Source: the human T2T-CHM13v2.0 reference genome, Homo sapiens
NCBI RefSeq assembly: GCF_009914755.1
Contig: NC_060938.1
Length of the DNA: 64,000 bases
Strand: one strand, 5' to 3'
A model generated the notes under the pieces. The model had not been told where the DNA came from, searched no databases, and saw only the letters and a list, made by a program, of their open reading frames with translations. This document shows, one piece after another, positions 1 to 16,191 of this stretch. Numbering within the stretch: the stretch's first letter is position 1; every line of letters starts with the position of its first letter. The position numbers were made by a program, and so were the translations under genes.

Positions 1-96
1 CAACTCCTGCCCCTACCCCAACAACCACTAATTTGATAAAACCAGACTGTACTGTAATATAAATTTCCACAGTTTTTAGACTTTCCTTTACACATC

Positions 97-282
97 TACC
101 ATATTTCATTGATTTGAAGACACCTCCCCCCTACACACACCAGATTTAGACACTCTGAAATGAGAATTTACAATTAATGTCATTTTACATTACAATTGGC
201 AACAATTTTTGTTTTTAGAGATACATGAAATAACAATGTGTCTTACAACCTATGGTGCTTAGAAAAAAATCAGTGAAGTATA
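97..282. mobile_element. Tigger-like DNA transposon MITE relic
   Basis: Imperfect terminal inverted repeats ATATTTCATTGATT ... AATCAGTGAAGTAT. Confidence 0.45.
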
Positions 283-872
283 ATATTAAGTCTTTTATTT
301 CGAAACATTCATTGAATACTTACTACATGCTAAGCATTCTTCTAGGCACTGGAAATACAAAAATGAACAGCATGGTCCTCAAGGAATTATCACTTGAGAG
401 GAGGAGACAGATAATTATAATGTAATGTGATAATGTCTACAGCAGAGCATGATCCACTCACTACGACTAAGTAAAATTATCTCTAGACTGGTCACTCTTC
501 TACCTTCAGGAAAAAATTTCCCCAAATCATATCCTTCCATGTACAAGGAAACAAGGATGAAAGCAGTTACCATTCAGCTTCACTCTACTCATTCCAAGAA
601 TGAGTTATTGCCACACCATCTGACATATTGCCTAGAAACAATCCAATTATTTTCTCCATAATACTATGCTGCTGTAGTAGAGAAGTCTCATTTTAGTGTT
701 CAACAGCTGCAAAGCTTTTATGATAATATTGAAGAGAAGTCACCGAAAATAACTGCTCAATCTGTGAAAGGCAGATGTCCCCAATCCTTCATATACATGC
801 TTCAAGGTCCCCAGATTCTTCCCCGGACAACTTTTAAAGGGGAAGGCAGAGAAGAGAAGTGAGTGACCTTAC

Positions 873-954
873 CTGGTTCTTGAAAGTGTTCTTCATTTGA
901 CAGAGTTCTGGACAAGATGAGTATTAATGCTTCTTTAAATTGGTCAAAATGTAC
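873..954 (-). CDS. NIN: Ninein, second coding exon (82 nt, VHFDQFKEALILILSRTLSNEEHFQEP)
   Basis: Poly-T tract plus AG acceptor at 956-955; donor CAG|GTAAGG at 872. Continues in frame from the previous exon and matches the known ninein sequence. Confidence 0.96.
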
Positions 955-2084
955 CTAAAAAAAATTAAAAATAGATTTAAAGTAATTTCCACAGCTCTAA
1001 GAATGCAAACCTATCTACAAGGTACCAAAACTGTTTTCTTCCCATCCTGACAGCCTTGAAGTGAGTCATAATCCAATTTGTTGCCCTTTTCATTTCTCTA
1101 AAGACAGAAGGGAAAATAGGCTGATCATTTTGACACCTCGTGCCGTAAACATTCATATCGATATTTATTCACCCCAAAGGAAAAAAGCTATGTAGCAAAA
1201 TCCTCTTTATAAACTCAGAAAAAGATATATTTTAAACTCTTAGCTGCTTTTATTTTTCTGAACAAGACCAGAAGAGAAAGACGTTAGGCTAGACATTAGA
1301 AAAGCCTTCCCAAGCAAATGATCCAATGTAACGATGTCCCAAAGATGCTTTCGTATCTTGAGATATTCTAGAAGGGAGTAAGCTGTCTTTTGAGGATGAC
1401 TTGAATATAGTCTTCCTTGAGGGAAGGTATATAATATTTATTTCCCAAGGCCTCTGTGATTCCATAAATAAGCAAAAATCAATAGCAAATGCACAAAGGA
1501 TAAAAGAATCTTAAGAAGTATTTTCCTGAATTCTTAAAAAATAGAGTTATCTTGACTGAAGTTGGAAAGAACCTGAGTTTTATTTAAGTAAATAGTCAGA
1601 ACTAGGATATTACTTTGTTGAAAAGGTAAAAGCATTTTCTTTATGGCCAAGGATATTCTATAACTTAGATGTATGTAATCTCACCTTGGGATTTCTTCTC
1701 ATCACAATTCTAGTTTGATAATGTGGCACCTATTGACATAGAACCCCCATGTAAATACAAAACTGGTAAATTTGTAGTTTGTTCTGCTATGGGATGGGTC
1801 TGTTTGGATGTCATTACAAAACACTGCCTAGAGGTTTAATATAGGTGACAGATAAACTTCCAAATCAAATTTACAAAAGCAGCAAACTTCATTAGTTATT
1901 GAAACAGTGGACAAAAAATCATATCATGTCTTATCTATGCAAATCAAAACAAAAGAGAGGAATTCATTTATATGTCATAAAAGATTTATATGTCATAAAA
2001 TTGTATCTCCTTGCAATTTACCACACTCTTCCAAAGTATATGTGATTTCTCTACCATGTTAGTTTTGATTGATTGGAATTACTT

Positions 2085-2215
2085 ACTGAAATCATTAGAT
2101 TATATTGCATATATTTAAGGTGTACAACCTGATGATTTGATATATGTACACAATGTGAAATAATTATCACATTCAAGCTAATTAAAATATACATCACCTC
2201 ACATAGTTACCTTTT
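2085..2215 (-). mobile_element. L1M 3' end fragment
   Basis: Typical antisense L1MA 3'UTR wording: atatttaaggtgtacaac...catcacctcacatagttacc. Confidence 0.6.
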
Positions 2216-3067
2216 TACAGGCTTAAAAAATCTACGTAATCTAAGGAGCCAGAGCAGAAGTCTGTCAAGGAAAACCAGGCACCTGCTGAAGATCCAGGGA
2301 GGCACAATCTTTGAAAGGGTAAACGACTGTAGAAAGGTAGGCTATGTTAATTAGGTTTCACAGCCAAACATCCTGGGGGAGGGAGGGGCGGCCAGGTCCT
2401 GCTACTGTCCCAGAGTCAAGGATAGGCTCCAGTTAACATGCGCAAGGCCAGCTTCCCAACCAGCCAGTTCACAAACATCATGCACTCAAGAGCTCTGGCA
2501 CTCAGGCCACTTGACGGGCATCTGTGAATTTCTACAGAATCATTCATTCTTCTCAGGGAAGCCAGGAACAGGGTTAGGAGGACACACAAAGGCTTTATAG
2601 CTAGGTGGGTCCAGGCTCTAACCCTAGCTCTTCCTTCACTGCCTGATGTGAATTGGAGACATTACGAAGCCTCTCCAAGCCCTAGTTTGTCTGTCTGGAA
2701 AACTGGGGACATCTAACAACTGATATTTATTATTCATTCAATAAATATTTATTGAGCAGCTGCTCTATGCCAGGCATTGTACTTGGCCCTGGTGACACAG
2801 TAGTGAATGAGAGTGACAAGTCCCTGTGCCACGATGCTCATAGTCTCAGGAAATGTCACAGAGAGTCCAGGCAGCTGCTAAGAGCACTGCATGTATTTTA
2901 TGGTATTTATAATACCGCTTCCCTGTGTTAGGAAGATAAAATGAGAATTGGGTAAAGTATCAAGAATGTCCTGGGACTGTTAGATGCCCAGCAAGTGGTA
3001 GTTAATACTACCAATAGCTATAGTAATAGGGGTGACTGACTGTTCCCATTACTTTTATAAAGAATCA

Positions 3068-3372
<305 letters not shown>

Positions 3373-4083
3373 AAGAATCAGGGTCATATTTTCAAGCAAA
3401 GCTAATAGCCATGAGAGTGACCAAGATAGCCAAGAGTGAGTGGTGGGGGCGGCGGCAGGGAGGTCTGAGGGCCTGCCTTCTCCTCCAGGATCTGCAGAGT
3501 TGCCCAGCATCAAAGAAACTGATCCAGTTTGCTATATTTAGGGACCTGTAACTCTAGGTTTCCTCTCTCTCTTAAGGATATTAATGGAGGGGACTGAATG
3601 AAACGTAAGTCTCTCCTTGCTAGAGTTACAAGTTGAACATGAAGAAGGTTCTCTTTCAAAAGGAAGGTGTTTGGAAGATTTCAGATTCTTTAACTTGACT
3701 CTGTGAGTCTCCCCAGGGTCTTCTAAAGGCGTAAGTTTTGATGGAGGCCATTGGAAATAACCTTCCTGAATTTGGTCCTCACATAGTTCAATTCATTGTT
3801 TGAAGGTCACTCAGTAGTGCATGTACCTGAATTTTACTTTCCCTGACACATGACAAAGACATCTATAATCTGGAATTAATTCTAATTAACTTCCAAGGCT
3901 TTACATGAGGCCTAAGTATCCCTTGAATATGGTATGACAAACACACAAGCTTTTGAGACTGTATAAGCTTCATTTATATGGTGTTTATTTCACAGCCTCA
4001 CCTATCTAGAGTACTACAGACAACCAGGAAAGAAACACATGGGATCAAAAGCTGAGGGAGGTGTCATAAAGCCCAGGCACTCA

Positions 4084-4435
<352 letters not shown>

Positions 4436-4545
4436 TTATTATAAACTTCATAATCCTGCTTCCCAACTCACTGCAGATTGGAAGCAGGAAATAAAAGACA
4501 GGGGCACTCCAAGCTAAAAGTACAAGGAGTAATTATTAACATATT

Positions 4546-4683
4546 AGCCAGGTGTGGTAGCGTGCACCTGTCATCCCAGCTATTTGGGAGGCTGAAATAA
4601 GAGAACTGCTTGAGGCCAGGAGTTTGAGACCAGCCTGATAACACAGCAAGACTCCATCTCAAAAAATATAAAATAAAAAGAAG
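4546..4683 (+). mobile_element. FLAM-type Alu monomer
   Basis: Single diverged left-arm-like monomer with A-rich tail. Confidence 0.8.
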
Positions 4684-4789
4684 CAATTATTGACATATTG
4701 AGATGGAGGAAAGATATTAACCATCCTCCTTCAAACAAAAATAAAGTATAATCCTTCTTACACTTTACAAAGGTGTTTTTAAAACTCTA

Positions 4790-5096
4790 TTTTTTTTAAT
4801 TAATTATTTTTTTTTGAGATGGAGTCTGGCTCTGTTGCCCAGGCTGGAGTGCAGTGGCGTGTCTCGGCTCACCGCAAGCTCCGCCTCCTGGGTTCACGCC
4901 ATTCTCCTGCCTCAGCCTCCCGAGTAGCTGGGACTACAGGCGCCCACCACCATGCCTGGCTAATTTTTTTTGTATTTTTAGTAGAGACAGGGTTTCACCG
5001 CGTTAGCCAGGATGGTCTCGATCTCCTGACCTCGTGATCTGCCCACCTCGGCCTCTGAAAGTGCTGGGATTACAGGCGTGAGCCACCGCGCCCAGC
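4790..5096 (-). mobile_element. AluY
   Basis: Antisense full dimer; TSD TTTAAAACTCTA. Confidence 0.95.
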
Positions 5097-5227
5097 CTTT
5101 AAAACTCTACTAAAAACTACATAAACTATAAAAAAAGACAACATGTGCATTCAAAAACTTAATAGGCCGGGGTTGTCTGGTGTTGGGGCATGTATCCATG
5201 CTTAGTGTTGAGGCAAGGATTCATTAA

Positions 5228-5544
<317 letters not shown>

Positions 5545-5755
5545 TTGAGGGTATTACTCTTACAACACAGAAGAAAAACTAATGGGTCAGGAGATTTGAA
5601 ATGATCAAGAACAATCTAGTTGTATTTAATACACTCTTGTATATGATAAAACTAAAATTTTAAATCCCCAATGGTCAAGCTTTTTTTTTTTTTTTTTTTT
5701 TTTTTTTGGTCTACCATTAAATGGGGCAAAAGATCCAGGTATTAAACAATTTTAT

Positions 5756-6327
<572 letters not shown>

Positions 6328-8710
6328 TCATTCTTTCCTAGACATTTTGTCATTTGAATCTCACAATATCCATGTGACACAGTCAAGGCAGAGACCCTAC
6401 CTCAAAATTGAAAGGTGAGAGGTAGAAAAAGCATGCACCAGGACTCTGACTGGACTCATCAGAGCCCAGCAAGCCTGCCTGGCTCAGGCCCACTTCCCTC
6501 TTGGTCTGACCCCTCAGGGAAATCCCCTGCTGCTGGAAGTCAAATCCTCAACTTTCACACGAAGCCACCAGGTGTAAAGCACACACCAAGTATAAGGCAG
6601 GATCAGGAGATACATGATCAAGAAGACACATAACCTCTGCCCTCAAGGAGTTTATCAGCTACCCCATAGATTCCAGAAAGTGGAAGGGTGGAATGGGGAA
6701 AAAGAGAGGAAGGTTTATTAGTAACTACAAGATAGAAGCTGGTATGTGCCTGAGAGAGACAAAAGCTGGTAGGGGCCTCTGATAAACAAGCATGTCCTAC
6801 TTGGCCAATAGGGAGGAAAAGAGGGACAGTTTTGCAACGCTTGAATTCTCTCAAATCTTCACAGACAGAGATTAAAGGTCTCCGAAATTTATTTATGATG
6901 TAGTAAATCAGCCTCATTTTAGATGAAAAGGGTCTCTATAAAAGATTAAACAGGATTATTAACTCAGAGGCTCTTCAGAGCCCAATAACGTCTACTTGGT
7001 TGAATTCCTCTTTTTCCAACAAACAGTCCGAAAATTCACACACCACATAGCAGCTGGCCCAAACCATTAGAGCAGCTTAAGTCTTGCATTGATCTTTATT
7101 TTCCTTCTTGCAAGTGTAGACACTGGGCCCTTGGATTTAAATAGCAGTAAATGCCTCATCTTTCAAAGAGATAGTTCTCTTGTGGAGGAGGCGACCGCTA
7201 TTTTCCATCAATGCTCATGAATACTGATGTGGTGGAAAAGCCCCTTAGGACACAACCCAGAACCGAAATGTTGATGAACACCCCCACCGGTGGGCTAACT
7301 ATGTTCAGCAACTGCAATGTTTTAAGTACCATTTTTCTCCTCCAAGGGAGCTTTACTATTGTATTTTGTTAAAAAGTAGAAATCTTCATAAATATACAAT
7401 ACAATTAAGTCTCACAAGGTAACAAGTTTCCAAGTTGTGCATACACTGGTTGGTACCTCTTCATTTGAATAATAATTGCTGCCATTCATTTTACAAGCAT
7501 TCCTATACCTTGTATGCCTCAACGGGCAGTTTGCAGCAATGGGAAAATTACACGACTGACGAAAAATACACATGACATTTAAACTAAATTAAGAGGAAGA
7601 CCAGTCAAGTCTGATATTTTTTGTCATGTGTCACCACCTCTTAGGAGAAATTTACCTCATTACTTTTCCTCTTCACATTTCATATGAATGCTTTTTTAGA
7701 AACGCAATTTGCTTTTTTTTGAAAAAGAACTTAAGCACCACACAAGAAACAAATTCAAACCACACACACAAAAAAACCCTGTAACAGGAAGTGGAATAAG
7801 GAAACTAATGTTGCATAAACTCATCTCGTGCAATCATGGAGATCAAATGCAGTTTCCACATGTGTGCAGGCACTACTGGAAATAGACCCAAGGTGGGAGA
7901 ACTCAAACTAGCACTGAACAAGGTGAGTTTATGAAACAAGACAAAGGTCTATGTAACTAATACAAACTTAGTAGATTTGTCTTTACTAATATAAAGAGAA
8001 ATTAATGAAAGAAGATTCAAAACACTGTGTTAATTGAAACAGCTACAGAAATATGGACTTATCAGAAGTCAATGCACAGGAAAATGCTTATAGCATTATG
8101 CAAAGAGAAATGACATAGACTAAAAAAGAGGCAGTTTCATAATGAAAGATACACTTATATTTTATTTTAAATAAAGTATTCAGGTCATTGTAACTTGAAT
8201 TGTTAACTTCATATTATTATATTTAATATTCATTTATTAAATTATAATATTGTAACTTAATTTACTGCAGACAATGTAGAGAGAGGCAAAGGCTATTTTA
8301 AAAGGTAGGTTTATAAAACCTAAAGCAACTATATGAAGCTGTACTCCAAGACTGGTCCAAGGAATCCTGTTTACAGATGGAAATGAATTCAAATCACCAC
8401 CACGCAAGAGAACTTCTAGCAAATCTACTCTTCACTCTAACCATGTTTCTTGGTAAATCATTACTAGGAAGTCACTATTTATCAAAGAGCCATTCTGGGT
8501 GTGTAGAGGGTAGGGGAAAGGAGCATACAGCCAAATACAGCAAGTTAACGGTGTCCTTGGTGCTATGATAAGCCTTTGATACACACAAATCTTAGTCCAC
8601 CTTCATCACAGTCTTGTAAGGGAAATAGTCTTCCCATTACACTGATGAAAAATCTGAGGCTCAGAGTATTTAAGATAACGTGTTCATATGGTTAAAAAGT
8701 GGCAAGAGCT

Positions 8711-10520
<1,810 letters not shown>

Positions 10521-11862
10521 AATGTGACAAGAAGTGGAACTTGAATCCAGGACTGCCTTCAAAGCCTGTGCTCTAACTGTATACTATCTCCATGTGGTGG
10601 GGGTAGTGTTTGGGGAGCAGGGTGAGGGAATGGAGATTCACTTTTGCATATTTGGAGTTTGAGGAAACTGTGCAGATATGTATTCAAATGCAGGGGCTGG
10701 GAAATCCAGGATCCCATCCTGGCACTGACTCAAATGAGTCATCTGACCTTGGAAAAGCCAAGGTTTCTCTGTCAGATGAACTCTGAGGTCTAAAATCTGA
10801 GACAGACACTGAAGAACTTTAAGTCCCCTCTGTCCAGACAGGAAGCTACTCATAAAAGTATCCGTGAAATAATGATGAAATCTAATGAGCATCCCTAATC
10901 ACAGAAATAAGGCATTATAAAATCAGGTCGGTAGAAGAGAATGGCCATTTAGCATTTGTTCCTCCCTGCCTGTTCTAAGTCCAGGCCTTCCCAACAGCTC
11001 TCCCCTCTCGATCCCTGTCACACTAAATATCTCTGACAGACACAACGATGTACTGTACACAAAAACGCACTTAATTCTGCAATGAGTTTGATGAGAAAGC
11101 ATTAATACAGAGTCAAAGCAAGTTGAGCAGTCTCCTAATCAGGTCTTCTTGTTTATCAATGGGGAACCACAGACCCTCAGGAGTTCAGACTTAGAGACTA
11201 GATCCAAGTCTACATATGCAAAAAACCTCCTCCTAGCTGTCTTTTCTCTCCCACAGCATAGGCCATTTCCCTTCACCAATTTAAGTCTCCCTAGCCTCCC
11301 TTCCACAAATCAGAGACAACCAGTCTGACTTTTGTATGAGTTATATTATGACAACCCCATCAGCAGCACCACTATTACAAACCAATGGCAGTTAATATTG
11401 AATGTAATTTTGCATACAGAGAACAAGTCCAAATAAGCACTACAAGAAAGTACTTCTCCATTTTTCATTTACACTTCAAATGATTAAAATGTATATAAGA
11501 AAAATAAATCTTAAAAAGCTTTTGAGTTGGAAACAAATCCACCACATGAAATTTATCAAGAAATTTAGAAAGAACCTCAAACCCTTTCAGAAATGTAAGA
11601 AAATTGATCTAAATTATATATATTTGTACAGCTATCAAATTTTAATACTAAAAATTTCAACATGTCTTTGATTACCAAAGTCTAGATTACCTACCGGACT
11701 CTAGAAACCAGTGGTGATTCTGCTGCCTGGAGGCTTATTCTCACTTTATAGTGTGCCAGGGACATAGGGTATTTCAGCATCCAAATTCATATTAAGAATA
11801 TAGCAATGCAACTCCTCAGAACTTCAGGGGCTGTTTTGTCTCAAAGTTGGCATACTACGTAA

Positions 11863-12152
<290 letters not shown>

Positions 12153-12178
12153 AAGAATGCATTTTTAAAACTGGATAT

Positions 12179-12515
<337 letters not shown>

Positions 12516-13156
12516 TTATCTTCATGTCCTGATTTCTAATAAAGGAGATAGAGAGGTATGCAGAAACACTTCATTTAAGCATCTACAATTAGTATGATTG
12601 CTTGGATAAAACTTGGTTCATGGTTCCCCTCGATTTTTGTAGTATTTGCTCCCCGTGCTACTCATGTGCCATGTATATTACCCGACTAGATTGTAAGTTT
12701 TTCGGTGTCTTGAGAAGCCCCTTGTGATGAGGCCTCATCTAGCTGACAGGTGCTTAACTGATGACAAAGATATGATGGAACTCTTTTCATAACCTAGTGG
12801 TAAACACTTATCGGCAATATCCCTTTTCCTTCAAATCAGGGATCCACAAGCTTTACGCATTTCAAACACCTGTACAGTAACCACCTTGCTCAGGTGAATA
12901 TGGTTTCAAGCTATAAAGCAAGACAAATGAATTGAAAAATAATTTGGGGGAAAATGACCTATTGGTAAAACACATAGAAATGGCAAGTTGATTTAAGTTA
13001 CTTTCATTAACAACTATTAAACATTAGGCCTCAAAAAAAAAAAAACAAGTTATTGAAGATGCGTTGTAATATTTAAAAATAAATACACAATGTTTGCATT
13101 CCTGGTTGAGCGAGACAATGCTTTCCATCTTACTTCTTTTTCAAGAAAAAAAGGAT

Positions 13157-13294
13157 TAATTCAGCCCAAGTCCAATAGAGGTAAGGTGGATTTGTATTTG
13201 ATTTAAAAATTATATTCATTAAGATAATTCAGCCTAAGTCAACATAGAGGAAGCTTAGAAGTTGTATTTGATTTAAAAATTATATTCACTAAGA
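13157..13294. repeat. Tandem duplication, 2 x ~69 bp
   Basis: TAATTCAGCC(C/T)AAGTC...TTGTATTTGATTTAAAAATTATATTCA(T/C)TAAGA occurs twice. Confidence 0.85.
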
Positions 13295-13415
13295 TTTAAA
13301 AGACAAAATTAAAGCCAGAAGCATCCAGGAAGTTGATGGATACTAATGCAGCCAAAAGCCAACTTAATGGAAAACTGTAGTTTACAGTAAATGTAAATAT
13401 AAATAACTTGGACCC

Positions 13416-13795
13416 TGATATGGTTTGGCTGTGTCCCCACCCAAATGTCATCTTGAATTGTAGCTCCCATAATTCCCATGTGTTGTGGGAGGGACCCAGT
13501 GGGAGATAAGTGAACTGTGGGGGTAGTTTCCCCCATACTGTTCTTGGGGTAGTGAATAAATCTCACGAGATCTGATGGTTTTATAAGGGGTTTCCCCTTT
13601 TGCTCGGCTTTCATTCTGTCTTGCCTGTCACCACGTAAGGTGTGTCTCTCATCTTCTCATTCTCTCTCACCTTCCACCATGATTGTGAGGCCTCCCCAGC
13701 CACAAGGAACTGGGAGTCACTTAAACCTCTTTTTCTTTATAAATTACCCAGTCTCGGGTATGTCTTTATCAGCAGCGTGAAAACGGACTAATACA
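13416..13795 (+). mobile_element. THE1 (MaLR) solo LTR
   Basis: TGATATGGTTTGGCTGTGTCCCCACCC ... AACGGACTAATACA; 5-bp TSD GACCC/GATCC. Confidence 0.93.
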
Positions 13796-16008
13796 GATCC
13801 CATGCCATGAGACTACAGGAATGCCTGACAGGCAGGACACACACAATACATATTTGTTGAATTAATGAATAGATTAATATATTCAGATTTGTTATGCTAC
13901 CCTTTCTTTCTTTCTTTTTTAATTAAACCAAGCTGCTAACCCTTATAAGTTTTTCTACAAATATCTTCTAAAGAGAAGAAAGATGACTGGCAGTAAAAAC
14001 CACTTATAATTTTACAACTATAATCCCTACTGTATGCATCATGAAAATGATAACACTTGGATGGCTCCAGTGAATCCTATGGCATTTTTTCTTATAATTT
14101 AAAATTATGGACCATATAGAGTATCTTAATAGCATATGGCCAAGTCTGTGTGATCATCTGAGGAGAATAATTTGGTTTCATTAAAAAATGCAAATTTAAC
14201 AGTAGTGCATTAACTCATGCCAACCCCCCCACTCTCAGGACTATCACCAGGGACCTCCCACATGAAATCAATATGCATCCATCTATTTAACTTTTATCAC
14301 TGGCTCACTAAGTAAATATCACACTATAGACCACTTAAGTATTCATTATTCAGGCAAATAGCAAGCGTCAGAAGCAGGCTGGTAGTGTCAAGTCGTTAAC
14401 AAATCAATCAATAACTGCTCCCTGTTTGAGTCTACCAAATGAGGGCAAAGATGTGCAACATCTGGAGAGCAAAGCATTGACCTGCTGCCAAGGTGCAGTC
14501 TGTTTACGGCGTGGCATTCCATATTTACGCAGACTCTAAGAAAACCACTCAAGGAAACCTTAGTTGTATCATGCCTTTTCAGACTTTAATGAGCATTAAA
14601 ACAGATCAGCCCATTGATACTATCCTTTAGACACCAAAAGTACTGAGATCCCCAAGGACCATACTGGGAGATGCCAGTTTTTTTGCTACCCACAGAGTCT
14701 AAGACTGAGGCGGAACTGGAAAATATGTGAGTGCATGAGGAGCAAATGGTTCAATCTTCGAAGCTTCATTTTAAGATTATTAAAGCAAGATTTTTAGCAT
14801 TTTATGGGGACCACATGTATGTAGAGACAGCTAACCCTCCCCCCGCCACAAGAGGCCAAGAATGGCTCCAGTTTTTGCAAAGAAGTCACATATTTTTTTC
14901 AAGTGTGAGTCCCATTTAACATCACACTCATGTGCCAAGTGCCTGAGAATATCATCTTTTGCACATGAATTTCAGGATGATGGCTACTCCTGTCTGTCTC
15001 AGGTTACAGAAAGCCAATACATGGTACTATATCTGAAGTCACTTACCTCTCTTGTCAGCTAAAAGACAGTGAAAATGAAATGAAGAAAAGGAAGCTCAGT
15101 CACTAGAATAAAGTTAAGCCTCACAACTGCTTCCTCAATTTATACGTGATAAAAACCAGAATGAAGCAACAGACTGCAAAAAGTGTTGTCCATCTTTTTC
15201 TCTCATCATTCCAAAATCCAACAGCAAGAGACTTGACTCAAAGCCATATAAACCTATTGATTATAAATAGCTATTAATTATAAATAAGGCAAATAATAAA
15301 AGCTATTAATTATAATGAGGAGAATTGAAGGCAATCTCAGGTCATGGCAGATCAAATATCCACCATTGGCAAGAGGAAAAAAAGACCCTCTCTCACTTCT
15401 TACTCACATCTGTGACTTGATCTATGGTAATAACATGACTATTTGTCATCAAACACAGAGGTTAACATTGGCGTGCACACACACATCCCTGCTGGAAGCA
15501 AGCCGTGCTGGGTTTTAAATGAACCTGCACTGTATTTATTTACCCTGCTGTCTTATTTCCTGGGTAGAAAGTTTAATTAATACTTCACCCAGAAATAATC
15601 CACACAAGAAATAGCTTCACTGGGAGTAAAAGTCATAACAATAGCTTTCTTACTGCATTTTCTTTCTCTTCAATGGAAATCTCACCCTCCTCCTTTCTGT
15701 CCCAGTGATGAATGTGGAGTCAATAAAATAAACCACAAAGAACAAGAAAAAAGTTGGAAAACATCCTTTCATTGCCTCTTTATCTAAGATGCTCACTGTA
15801 CACCATAATTCCAGAGCACAAATTAAAGCAGGCTCTTGTCACCCTAGCAAACTGGACTGTGATGTCACACCCATTACATTCTTCTTTTTATCATGTAACA
15901 GCCAGGATGCTAGAAACAAGTTGCAACATGTGTGGTCCGCCCCACCCCCAGCACCCCGGCAGAAACCGCACCCCACTTCCCATAGCCACGTTCTTCCCCA
16001 GACCTTAC

Positions 16009-16191
16009 CCTGCCCAAGAGGTTGTCCTGAAGTAATGTCTGCTGCAGCACTGGGGCCACCTCCTCCAAGCTCAACATGTGGCAAAGGTCGGTGAGTTCCT
16101 CCTGCCCCAGGGACCCTGTGCCCGTCGTGTCAAAACTGTCAAACAGCTCCTTGAGTCGGGCCTCATGCTGGTCCTGCTCCACCTCATCCAT
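16009..16191 (-). CDS. NIN: Ninein, first coding exon (aa 1-61, N-terminal EF-hand); whole exon is 16009-16212 including 21 nt of 5'UTR
   Basis: Translates MDEVEQDQHEARLKELFDSFDTTGTGSLGQEELTDLCHMLSLEEVAPVLQQTLLQDNLLGR, the ninein N-terminus, with EF-hand-like loop DTTGTGSLGQEE. Acceptor tcttacacacAG at 16214-16213; donor AGG|GTAAGG at 16008; 183 coding nt, phase 0. Confidence 0.97.
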
